Shown piece by piece: positions 11,783 through 22,676 of a stretch of DNA of 62,000 bases. The stretch spans positions 416,107 to 478,106 of the forward strand of contig NW_008806279.1 of NCBI RefSeq assembly GCF_000400465.1. Direction: 5' to 3'. Source of the stretch: Wallemia ichthyophaga EXF-994. Its lineage: Eukaryota; Fungi; Basidiomycota. Both the position numbers and the translations under genes were made by a program. Each line of letters begins with the position of its first letter. Positions within the stretch are counted from its first letter, which is position 1. The notes under the pieces were generated by a model that worked only from the letters and a program-made list of their open reading frames with translations, had not been told where the DNA came from and did not search any database.

Positions 11783-12545
11783 GTGTAGCGCTCTGTAATT
11801 GTCTGACTGAATTTGACATGTAACAGAAAAAGGAAATTGGACTTACAATTAAGCCATCATAATATTTCGATCCTCGAGATACCAAAGAACAATCGCTCGT
11901 TTCTCTACTTTTATTGCATAACTTCTTAGAAATGCACCTGGTTAAGCCAAACCCCTGGTTTCAGAGTTGAGCTGACACCATTCTTTGTTGCAAAGATCGT
12001 TTTTCATATGCGTTTTATGGGCTGGAGTGGCCTTATGTTTCTCCTGAAGTAAGCATTGGCCCCTGTGGACGCTACGCGTCGGAAAACGTAATACGCGTCT
12101 AAAGGGGTAATTCTTGATATATTTGGGTGACTGAGACCTTCATCGGCCTTTCATAGCAGTCAGAGTTGGACGGCCGCTTTACATACCCCTCAACGCCATG
12201 GCGTGCTCCAAGGTGAACTCGAATCACCACTTCCGGACAACTTACAGAGCGCGAAATCAACACCGGAGATATAATTCCAACAACAACTACCAATTAACGC
12301 TTCGGGGCACCAAATAAGACTTTTTATTTGGAGAATTCCAAAAGTCGCGAATCGGCCAGTTGAGATCAGATCACTGCCATCTAGAAATCAAGTCGGCGGA
12401 TATTGGGTGGGTGGATAATGAAGGTTATTTAGAATTCTTGATTCTTCGTAAAGTCAATTGTGCTGTCATATCTCCCAGAATACTATTACTTGACATCGCC
12501 ATACACATCTTCCCATTTGGTTGGCCATTTGAGGTGAGTGCATAC
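11783..12545. repeat. Dispersed degenerate repeat, copy A of 3 (unknown family)
   Basis: 12061-12102 matches 55388-55429 at 39/42 nt. 12333-12389 matches 55661-55717 at 50/57 nt. Colinear similarity to 53440-54100. Boundaries approximate. Confidence 0.8.
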
Positions 12546-13131
12546 AATTACATCAAATGTTCTCTATAATTTAATCCCCGCGATGCAATAGACTAAGCAT
12601 CTAAACCACCTTTCCATCTAGTCAACTTGTCCTGAGATGCAAACTCGTACTGAGAGGCAATGCTAAGTTAGAGATAGCGCGATAGAGGTGACGTAAACAA
12701 AAATAACCATAAGAGCAGTACCAGATAGATAATCAAGTCACAACTTCTTATACATGTTCTCTATCGGCCGGTACAAGAGCTCCGGTAACACTTTTACTAA
12801 GCGAGGGTGAAGACCGGGAGAAGTATTGAAAACATCTGCAACATCTGTACATTAGCAAATACGCACAATATATCTCACGAGAATACCAGGTGTAATATGT
12901 TGTTTTGAGCATATCACTCTCTGCAGATGTAAATTCTCCGAGGCAGCAACCATGAGCGAATGGTTGAATGCATGATTGCGTGTGAGAAATTGAGAAGAAA
13001 TAGACAAGATTTACCTATGGCACATCTACCGCAAACATCACAAATCGTATACTTTCATAAGTGTCATACAAGAGCTGGAGCTGGAGCAAAAGTAATCAAT
13101 CGCATACAAGAAAGAAAACTTAGTGTAGCAA

Positions 13132-14527
13132 TCAGAGACTCTGAATCCACGCCCACTCATCGTCAACATCTGCTTCATTGATGCCATTGTGGTCGTGTTT
13201 TGGTGGCATAAGCAACTCCTCGAGTACCTGGAAAGCAGCGTTGCGCGAAATGCCATCGTGCCATGAGACACTCTTGCCTTGCAACTTGACATCGAATGTG
13301 TAAGGGCCGTATGGCACAGTCTGCGACTTGATGAGATCATACTCGACCTCACCGCCGTCTTCGAGCATGGTGCTAGCCTTGATCTTCTTGTGGAAGAGGT
13401 CGTCGTTGTCGGACTTAACTGACTTGGCTTGCTCACCCGATTGGAAGTCGACAAAGATGGCGTTGTTTGGGACAATGTGGTATTCAAGGAGATGTCTCAG
13501 AGCTCTGCTACCCATTGGAGAAAAGAAGAAGCCTAGAACTTTTGGTGGAAGTCTCTCAAAGGCGCTGTTGAGTGGTGCGTTGATGGTAAGCTGACCATTG
13601 CCCGTCTTACCGTCCAATGACAGGTCAAGCTCCTCTGCCAAACCCACCTTCTGGAGTGCTGATGTGAAGATGGAGAACTCTCTAGCGAAAATGAACAAGG
13701 CGTTGATTGCAGATGGTGGAGGGATGAGGACGTGGTCAAGGGCGTGGATGACAGCATTTGCAGACTGGATGTTCTGTGTCGAGATCTTTGCATAGTGATT
13801 GATGACTGTGGCTGGTGGCACATACTGCTGCTCAACCCGTAGTCTTTGACCTGCCCCGTTGAACGTATTTGGCTCTTTGAGGATGGTTTCGATAGTGCTA
13901 AAGTCGTGCAGAGTGTTGATATCTAGCTTCTGAGCTACTGTGTGGTACATAACAACAGCCTCGATAAATTTCTTGAGACGTCTCTTGCACTCGTCGTCTT
14001 CTTGCGTCATATCGACCTTATCAGCCATGGCGTAGAGCTTGCCCAAGACGCTAGGTACTGGGTCCTCCCAGATATCTGCGTTTAAGTAGGCATTTTTGTC
14101 GTCGTCGTTGTGCTTGTGCTTGTGCTTGTGGTCTGGAATGGCGTCATTGGTTGGAACAAAGAGGGTGAAATCCTTTTCGTCCTTAATGTGGTCGATTGCA
14201 GTTGGAGAGAACTTCTCTAAGATGGTTGTGAACTGAGTGGGTGATGTAAGCTGTGAGTCGTCTGTGACAAAGTGAAAATTTACACACCTTGCTGAATTTC
14301 TTAGGGTCGCCCTTGAGGATATCCCATGCGTTATCAGTGACTTCACTAGACCCAGCCAAATTGTCGATAGTTTCACCGTTATTGCCCAAGAACTCGTTGA
14401 GCCAGCCCTTGGAGGTGTCGACGAACTGGCGCTGGAGAGCGGCCTCCTCTGAGAAAATGGAGACTGGAAGGTGCAGTGCAGTTGCTGCTGACGCTGCAGC
14501 ACTTAGAATTGCAATACTTAATTTCAT
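13132..14527 (-). CDS. Secreted fasciclin (FAS1) domain protein with two FAS1 repeats, 2 exons
   Basis: Signal MKLSIAILSAAASAATA; FAS1 H1 motifs FTLFVPTNDA and LTINAPLNSAF; H2 motifs NAVIHALDHVLIPP and FQVLEELLMPP; intron ~14236-14289. Confidence 0.88.
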
Positions 14528-14636
14528 TGTTTGTGTTAAAGAACAAGAGTTTTAGCCACGATCACACAGCTTGATTATGTGACGTTATCGATGACGCTGT
14601 CGATTTCCATTTTTCAAATTCAAATATATATTCATT

Positions 14637-16746
14637 TTACGCATTAGAAGTACACAAGTATATACATGTAAATATCCATTTAAACGAACATCTCACGAAA
14701 CGACGATACTTGCGACGTTGTTCTGACGCGAGCTGGGAGGTGAGTGAGTTTCTAGAGAGCACTCAAACGCAATAAAACCCACCTAAAGCCGGTATCTGGG
14801 TCGTACAGGTCTAATTTATCTATAGCATGGGTACCTTTAGCGAGAGCGAGGAAGTTAACGTGAACGCTCTGGCAGCTGCCCGGAAGAAGAGGGCCAATTC
14901 TAACGAGGTTCTCAAGTGGCACTACACCTACGCGTGTGCTTTCACTAGCAGCCCCGGACTCTGCCTCCTTTTCATTTTCATTCTCACCGAGCAGCCTCTC
15001 CTCCAACGACAGTCGCTGACTGCGCAGACCCATTTGGGACTGGGTATGCGATGCAAAATTGACAACGAAGCGTCTGGCGATAGTGCTATTATTGAAGAGA
15101 AACACTTCGACAGGGAAGATGTCGAGTGGTTTGATGGCGTGGGTGTGGGTATGGGTGAGAGAGGTGCGTATTCCTGGACTCATTATCGACGGTGAGCGCT
15201 GGTCCGCCCTGGCTGACCGTGTGGGTTTAAGGACAGACACGCTTAGCAGAACTGTTTCTTTCGACGAGGTTGCTGCGGTGCTGTCTGGCAACTCAGCCTC
15301 ACCCTCACTGTCACTATCACTATCACTCTCGCTCTCACTGTGTACGAGGCGAGCATGACTATTCCCTCGTCTATCCTTCGCAGCTGCCTCTTCCGCCGAG
15401 CGCTGCAGACTTGAGAAGGCGTATTTCTTATTTCCAGCCACCGGAGCTGCTTGAGGCACTAGGCGCGGCGCACTCCCGCTGCCAGAGCTAATCAAAGCAC
15501 TACTCCCCCAGGGCCTCTTGTCTATCAGTGCATTAGAGATATCTATCACACTGTTCCACTTCATCTCCAAAACTGGGTCAGTCAGTGTATTCGTCGGTGA
15601 GCAACTTTGTGTGCGTGTGCTTGTGCGTATGCATATGTGCACGTTGAATTTACGTTGCTTGGCGAGAGAGCGGTGACTACTGCGAGGGCGGTGAGGTTGG
15701 TGAGAGTTTGAAACCTCCTGTGTCGGTTGGAAGACAACGACGTAAATGAGGTTGACTTGTTCGGAAGCGAGGATCTGAATGGGAATAGCGCTATCGCCAT
15801 GAGCATGGCCATCACCGTTATCATTACCTTCAGCCCCACTCAAGTCATGCCTCCGCGCCACCAGCTCCACGTTATTCTCGACACTCGCCTCTTTCAATCG
15901 CACGCCAGCGTCGTGTATAAACAGAGCACGCGCGGTGCAGTTCTCCACTTCCAGTCCCAGTGCCAAGTGAGGCTGGTGAGAGTCGAGGAGAAAGGGTATA
16001 TTGACAGCGCGCATTCGGACACTGAGTGCAGATGAGATGGGTATATAAGTAGTGTCTGAGAGTGAGAGTGAGTGCAGCGTGTTTTGAGTGCCCTGGGTAT
16101 CTTGAGGTATATCGATGTTCTGATGCTTCTGCGGCATATCGGGAGCAATGTCCTCCAGCAGATTGATACTGTCCCAGCTGTCCCAGCTCTCTAGCAACTC
16201 GCTGTCTTTATCGGGGGTTTTGCGTGTGGGTGTGTTGGTGTTATCGTCAGCGTCGGCGTGCGCACCAGCAACGTCTCGATGGCTGCGCATATAAGTGATA
16301 TTGCACGTCAGCGCAGCTAGTGGATTGGAGATATTCATGCGCACGCGCACAGCGTCAACGTGGACAACCGAGGTTGCGATCCAGCAGGCCTTCTCACCCG
16401 CCGCTCCGTTCTCTCGCTGCAGGCCCCAAGCAGCGGTGGATTGGACGGAAGATACCAAGATTGGTGGCGTGTCCGTGTCGTCTGGCTGGCTATCGACGTA
16501 GCTGAGATGGACGGTGAGATGGAGATGGCTGAGCAGCTCCCAGACGCGGCATTCGTCCACCTCCCCCAACAACAACCTGACGACCACGCCTAGCCGTTCA
16601 TCTGTGTCGTTCGCCGTGAGATGAGATGGAAATGGGGAGATGGCAGAGCGCTACACACCGAAATATACATGCTTTGACTCGGCATCTACAGCGGCATGGA
16701 CACGTGCCGATGTGAAGACGTGTTCGAGCGACGTCATTGAGCTCAT
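14637..16746 (-). CDS. TRS65: TRAPP II complex subunit Trs65-like protein (3' end uncertain)
   Basis: N-terminus MSSMTSLEHVF...HVYFG, and a C-terminal Trs65-type segment IFPVEVFLFNNS...VVPLENLVRIGPLLPGSCQSVHVNFLALAKGTHAIDKLDLYD. Confidence 0.65.
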
Positions 16747-16807
16747 GGCCGTTTGTGGATAAGGGTGATAATGGGTGGTGATAGCCGGGATGGCTTGGAT
16801 AAACCCG

Positions 16808-17959
16808 ATGAACACAATCAATAGGAGCGTCTTTGAGCCAAATCTGCAGCGCGATTACGGCCTACTTACAAGCAGCGTCAGTGGTACGCACGCCATCGTA
16901 ACCGGTGCGGCTGGCGGACTTGGTAAAGGGATAGTGGAGGAGTGAGTGCGGTACAGCCGTAAGCATAAGCATAGACTCACACTCACACTCATACTCAACT
17001 CAATCACAGACTTCTCCGCCACAACGCATCCGTCGTCGCTGCAGATATTGACACCCGCGCGCTGCACGCACTCCCACAGCACCCCAACCTCCACATACAC
17101 CACGTGGACGTCACGCAGTACGCGTCGCAGCTCGCCCTGTTCCGATACGCGCGCGCCACGTTCGGCAGGATAGACGCCGTGTATGCCAATGCCGGGATAG
17201 CGACGTCAGGCTATTTAGCCGATGTGGGTCAAGTGGGTGAACAAGGTAAGACCAAGGCTTAATGGCAGAATAGCACGCTAAAACCCGAGACAAATTCCAG
17301 ACACTCCAACACCCCCCGATCTGAATATTATCGACGTGAACGTCAAAGGGGTGCTATACACAACGCACCTTGCCGTGCAAGCATTCCGGGAGGATAAGCG
17401 GAGTAATGCTCGTGGCGGTATTGGCACCAATAGCAAACCCCACACGCGCCATCCCTCCATCATCCTCACAGGCTCATTCACCTCCTTCCTCTCGTCGCCC
17501 TCCACACCCGCGGCATATGCAGCGTCGAAACACGCCGTGTTCTCGTTGATGCGCTCACTCGCCACGACAGGAGAGTACGAGGGCTTTCGGTGCAATCTCG
17601 TGTGTCCATGGTTCACGCCCACGGCCATGGTCGAGTCGTCTGTGCGCATCCTGCTGACTGGCATTGGGATGGCCGCGGCAGAGCCCGTGGTGCGCGCATT
17701 CCTTATCGCTGGTATGGACACCTCCCTTACTGGTGCAGCTCTCGTCATCGATACGGACGGCCTGTTTGTGATTCCTGATACGACAATAAACTCTCACTGC
17801 GCTCAAGCTTTCAGAGATCGCTATTTGAGTGTGTTGAAAATGCAACATGCCGCACGTGTGTATCGCACCCCACTTATATTGACAGGTGGTTTACTCACCG
17901 TGCTGTCACTGGCCAGCGGTGTCTCGTATGTCCTGCGATTCCTTAGAAAGTGCAAGTGA
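16808..17959 (+). CDS. Short-chain dehydrogenase/reductase (classical SDR), 3 exons, C-terminal hydrophobic helix
   Basis: AIVTGAAGGLGKG (TGxxxGxG), RIDAVYANAG, IDVNVKG, catalytic YAASK, CNLVCPWF. Confidence 0.88.
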
Positions 17960-18022
17960 AGTGCAAGTGTACTGTTCTACTAATATTGTACCAATGCATT
18001 CAATAAATACATTCACTTTAAT

Positions 18023-18826
18023 CTAGTCATCATCGCTGCTATAATCATCGCTGTCCTCATCATCGCCTTCACCAGACACTGGACCAACATCGAAGAGCTG
18101 TCTGGAGGGTTGAGCGGGTGTGCGACGTGGCTTAAAGTCATTCAAGTCGCACAAGTCATCGCCAAGCTCGTTTTCTCTCTCCATATCCAAATCTACATCC
18201 ATATCGCCATCCCATATAAGAATATATGGCGGGAGGATGTTATACCTTTTAGCGAGGCGAGAAATACGCCGCGCAAGACCCGTCTCAGACTCACATACGA
18301 GAAACATATCTCGATGGTTTGAGTAAAAGTGAGCGATGATTCTTGCTAGTTTCCGCAGGCAGCTTTTTTGGGTTTCTTGGGTGTCTGGTGTGAGTGCATC
18401 TAGTGCATCTAGTGCATCTAATAAATCTGATGAGGTAATCAGACATACGTCTGCCACTACGCTGTTGAGGTTGTGTAACGAGTATTCTAATGCTGAGCAT
18501 GAGGTGGTACGATTAGTGGAGTGTGCCACACAAACCAACGCATTCGTCGTCGTCGACTGATCCACTCTCATATCACCACACTCGCAGTAATCCTGCATCA
18601 GAGTCATCCAGGGAGTATTTATGTCCGTAGCCATACTTCTGATATGCTCGCTTATCCACGTTTCTTGAGTTATGTTTCCAGGCACGGGCAGTGTGTCTAC
18701 ATCATTCCTCTTTTTAAGGAGGTAATTGAGTTGTTGGCGTGGACTATCATTGGACATGTAGCTACCTTGGGCATTTTCGAATGACTGCGTTTTCCGTGAG
18801 CATGTGGTGAGCATTCGTCGCAGCAC
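18023..18826 (-). CDS. Mob1/phocein-family protein (MOB4/phocein-like)
   Basis: QQLNYLL...WISEHIR...CECGDM...VCVAH...CSALEYSLHNL...LARIIAHFYSNHRDMFLVCESETGLARR, with Cys/His zinc ligands of the Mob fold and an acidic tail. Start uncertain. Confidence 0.75.
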   Translation of the reverse strand: MLRRMLTTCSRKTQSFENAQGSYMSNDSPRQQLNYLLKKRNDVDTLPVPGNITQETWISEHIRSMATDINTPWMTLMQDYCECGDMRVDQSTTTNALVCVAHSTNRTTSCSALEYSLHNLNSVVADVCLITSSDLLDALDALDALTPDTQETQKSCLRKLARIIAHFYSNHRDMFLVCESETGLARRISRLAKRYNILPPYILIWDGDMDVDLDMERENELGDDLCDLNDFKPRRTPAQPSRQLFDVGPVSGEGDDEDSDDYSSDDD

Positions 18827-19185
18827 TCACATCGCGACGCATTCCCTTCCGCACTCGCAGCCTATTCCTGAGTTTTATGTCTGCGAGTTCTTTATCTTTG
18901 CCTGTCTCCCCCACATTGTCCCGCTCTCTCTCCCGCTCATTCACGCTCCTCTCAGCGCTGTTGTCACATCGCCGCTGCTGGGATTTGAGCTTCTCATGGC
19001 TTTTCCTGGGCTGGATTGTATCTCCGTGGCTGCTGCTGTTGCCAGCCATCGCGGTAGTGGGTATAGCAACAGCAACAGGCGCTGGTGTTCGATTGGAAGT
19101 GCGTAAGGAAGATGATTTAATTTTTATTTTTAATTCCGATTCCATTCTTCTTCATCGTTCGATAACAAGGTGTTGATCGACGACG

Positions 19186-20401
19186 ATGACGACAAAGACG
19201 GGTGAATGTGGGTGCTGCAGCAAGCGGCACCAGCGGCTGATTTGCACAAGCTGTCTGAGTGAGTGATGGGTGTATTTCCAGATGTGAATGTATTCACACC
19301 CACAGACAACACGCTCAGCGACGCACGCCACACGCAGCATTCAGCCAAATCAACCATACGCTCACACCGCCAGAGCAGCTCTGTCGTGGCGTTCGTCGCT
19401 GCCGTGAAACAACGCCGGCGGGAAGATAGCGATGACGTAGTTATCATGCACAGGCAGCTTTGTGCGTTGATTGGGCGCGTCAAACAGACTCAACAGGCAA
19501 ACAGAGAGGGTGTGTTGTGTGTTGGGTGTGTATCCATACTCACATTCACTCTTCCACTCTAGTCCACTCGCAAATTACCATTAAACGGAATAACATTGCC
19601 AGCCGACGACGTAATCTAGACAAAGTGGCTGATATCGTCACTTATAATACACCTTCTCCCACCACCCACTCCTCCGCCGCTCTCTCGGATTTACAAGCTA
19701 GCCGACGCGTGTTGGCATCCGAATGTCTCAATATCTTTGGTTTGCAGGGGCTCAGCAGTGGCGGGACAGAGTTGGGGGGCGTGCTAGTACCGCCCCTGAA
19801 CCGATTACATGGTATGTACATGATTGCACGCAGGCACACTACCCTCACGCACCACACAGCACTCCCGCACACACACCTCATCTACACCACTGCCATCCTT
19901 ACCCAGCTCCTCCACCACCTCTCCAACTACCTCAGTCTGCCGCTGCCATACAACAGCGTGCGCGTGTATACCTTCCAGCCGACGCTATTTCTCTCAGAGA
20001 GTAGGAGAGTGTTCATGTGCGATCACGCTCACAATCATAATCACACTCACTCTCACACTTACAATCAGCACCCCCACTCCATCCCCTCCATACACGCCCT
20101 CAGCATGCTCATTTGCAATCTCACCTTCTTACTCAAAGTCGTGGGGTTTCCTATCGAGCTGTCCAATGTGGCCTTTGCGGTGAACATGCTGTCTCGCTTG
20201 GCAGAATCACCCCATCTAGGGGCCACCAGCTTCGGCGACAGCTGTGTTAATCCGCTAACTCACTTGACCTTACCTGTAACCCTCTCAGCTATCAAAGACA
20301 TTCTCTATGGTAGTAAGAGCATCAAGAGCGGTAAGAGCAGCAGTAGCAGCAGCAGCAACGAGAGCAACAACAGCGAGGACCAGTGGGAGGTAGTTGACTG
20401 A
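19186..20401 (+). CDS. Atg14/UVRAG-family subunit of the class III PI3-kinase complex, multi-exon
   Basis: Exon 1 MTTKTGECGCCSKRHQRLICTSCL (CxxC...CxxC), coiled coil, LTQLLHHLSNYLSLPLPY, ALSMLICNL, and C-terminal WEVV fitting the LIR/AIM consensus. Confidence 0.65.
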
Positions 20402-20592
20402 CGCTTCCGGCATTACTTCTAACACTGTATTATACACTTATGTATCCATTACTTGACAATATCAGTGAGTGTGAGCAAGAATAATAAGCAGGTGTTGAAT
20501 CCTAGCGAGATGTGCAATATACGTAGATGTTGAATGACTTTTGTTTCATGTTAATTTAATATCCTGTCTGTCGCAAATCCAATGCAATACAT

Positions 20593-22084
20593 TTAATGCA
20601 GAATACGCGTGAGGATGTTATGTCTAGTCGAAGAGATCCTGTCAAATATTGATCCAATATCAACCTCGCTAACATCAGTAACGTCAGCCATAAGATAAGC
20701 GATGCCGTCTCTTGAATCTGAGTACTGCTTGCTAACGTTAAAGTGACCAGTGTTTTCATCTGACAGGATAGTGTTAATTTCCTTGAGCACACCCGGTTCA
20801 TCTTTGTGCACGTGCAGTATCCTCGCCTGACGGTTTTCACCCTCCTTTGGTTTAACCGGTATTCTAAGATCCACTTCAGGGAACTGAACGGCGTTGATTG
20901 AGGTACCGTAGGTGAGGTACTTAAACAACGCGGTACCTACTTCAATTCCGATCATGCGCTGTGCCTCCTCGGTGGAACCACCGATATGAGGTGTGAGGAT
21001 GAGGTTAGGGCATTGACGGAGTTTGTCAGCGAATGGGCCGAGCTCTTTGCCAGTAAACAGCTCAGCTCCATTACCCTTAGGTTCAGTGGGGTAGACGTCA
21101 ACAGCAGCCCCAGCGAGGTGCTTCGAGTTGAGAGCCTCCGCCAACGCCTCCAAATCTACCACCGTTCCACGAGCATTGTTGAGGAGATAAGCGCCTTTGC
21201 GCATCTGCGCGAGCTCCTTTGCACCGATCATGTTCTTAGTTTCGGGCAGTTCTGGGACATGCAACGTGACAAAGTCAGACGAGGACAGCAGCTGCTCGAG
21301 ACTGTCCACCTGTCTCGCCTGACCAAGTGGCATGATAGGTAGGACATCGTAATAGAGCACACTCATTCCCATAGCCTCAGCGAGAACTGACAACTGACTA
21401 CCGATGTGACCGTATCCGACAATACCGAGCGTTTTACCACGTACCTCCCAGCAGCCGGAGCTGACCTTGTTCCAAATTCCCTGCTTGAGCTCGTTGGTCC
21501 TGTCGACGTACTGGCGCGAGAGGGCAATAACTTGAGAAATGACGAGTTCAGCAACAGAGCGAGAATTTGCGTAAGGGGAGTTGAATACACAGATTCCAGA
21601 CTCGGCAGCAGCACCGAGATCGACCTGATTGGTTCCGATGCAAAAACAACCGACGACCAACAACTTGGAGGCAGCCTTGATGACTTTGCTGGTGAGCTTC
21701 GTCTTACTGCGAATACCGATAGCGTGATAATGGCCGATACCAGCGAGCAATTCCTCTTCTGACCACGCTTTGGCGAAGTGGTCGACGTGGAATCCAGCTT
21801 CGCGGAGTTGCGCCGCTGCGCCCTGGCTGACGTTCTCAAGGAGGAGAATACGCAGCTGTTCAGTCTTGAATGGCTGATCAGACGCTGGTTTGTACTGCTC
21901 CAGTGCAGCTGCGAGGATATTCCTATTGACGAGTGCTTTCGGCGATGCAGAAGATGCCTGCGGTGGGTGTGAGCGGTGGCATCTGAATATCACATCTGCC
22001 ACTCACGGCATCTACTCTGCTCGCTCTGACGGCGTCATGGGGACTGCCCGAACGCGGCGTAGGAATTGGAATAAATTTAGTCAT
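20593..22084 (-). CDS. SER33: D-3-phosphoglycerate dehydrogenase, 2 exons
   Basis: ILLLENV, IGIRSKTKLT, GCFCIGTNQVDL, GKTLGIVGYGHIGSQLSVLAEAMGM, LNNARGTVVD, NLILTPHIGGSTEEAQ, C-terminal ACT domain. Confidence 0.95.
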
Positions 22085-22486
22085 TTTCTGGTGGTCGAGA
22101 GAAGCACGCAACACTCAGCATTTCGGGGTAAAATCGGTGACTCGACGTTGCTGAAAATTATCATTTATTCTGTGTACATGGCGGCTAATGAAATTGCTAT
22201 CTAGCACCCTCTTTCCCTCCTTTTTCCGCGCTTTACTTTGCTTCGAAGCTGGGCGACAGAGAACAATCCCTGACGGTAGAGCACGCAGCGTAAATATATG
22301 TAAACGCAATTAAAAACATAGTCATCCACTGGAATGCACCTTCATGCGCAGTCTGTCATGCGTAGTCTTCGCGATTTCATCTCCGCTGCTTACGGATCCA
22401 GCCACTTTCTATAAACGTTTAAGGGGACTATAAAGGGGACTGGTGTGTGGACTACAGCTTGCACACACAACACACACAACACAATC

Positions 22487-22665
22487 ATGCACATCTATCT
22501 GTCCAACTTGCTCTTCCTCTTGGTTGCAGCATCTGCAGCAGCAGCACCAGTAAGTAGACTGAAGCGAGTTCATCATCGGGACACCCCCACTCACACACAC
22601 AGACTCGACGCGACGAAATCAAGCCGCAAGTGCCGCAGAATTCATCCGATCTGTTCAATTTGTAG
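22487..22665 (+). CDS. Putative 41-aa secreted micro-peptide precursor, 2 exons
   Basis: Exon 1 22487-22549 (MHIYLSNLLFLLVAASAAAAP), phase-0 GTAAGT...CACAG intron 22550-22602, exon 2 22603-22665 (TRRDEIKPQVPQNSSDLFNL*). TATAAA at 22428 upstream. Confidence 0.55.
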
Positions 22666-22676
22666 TATAAAGCAAC

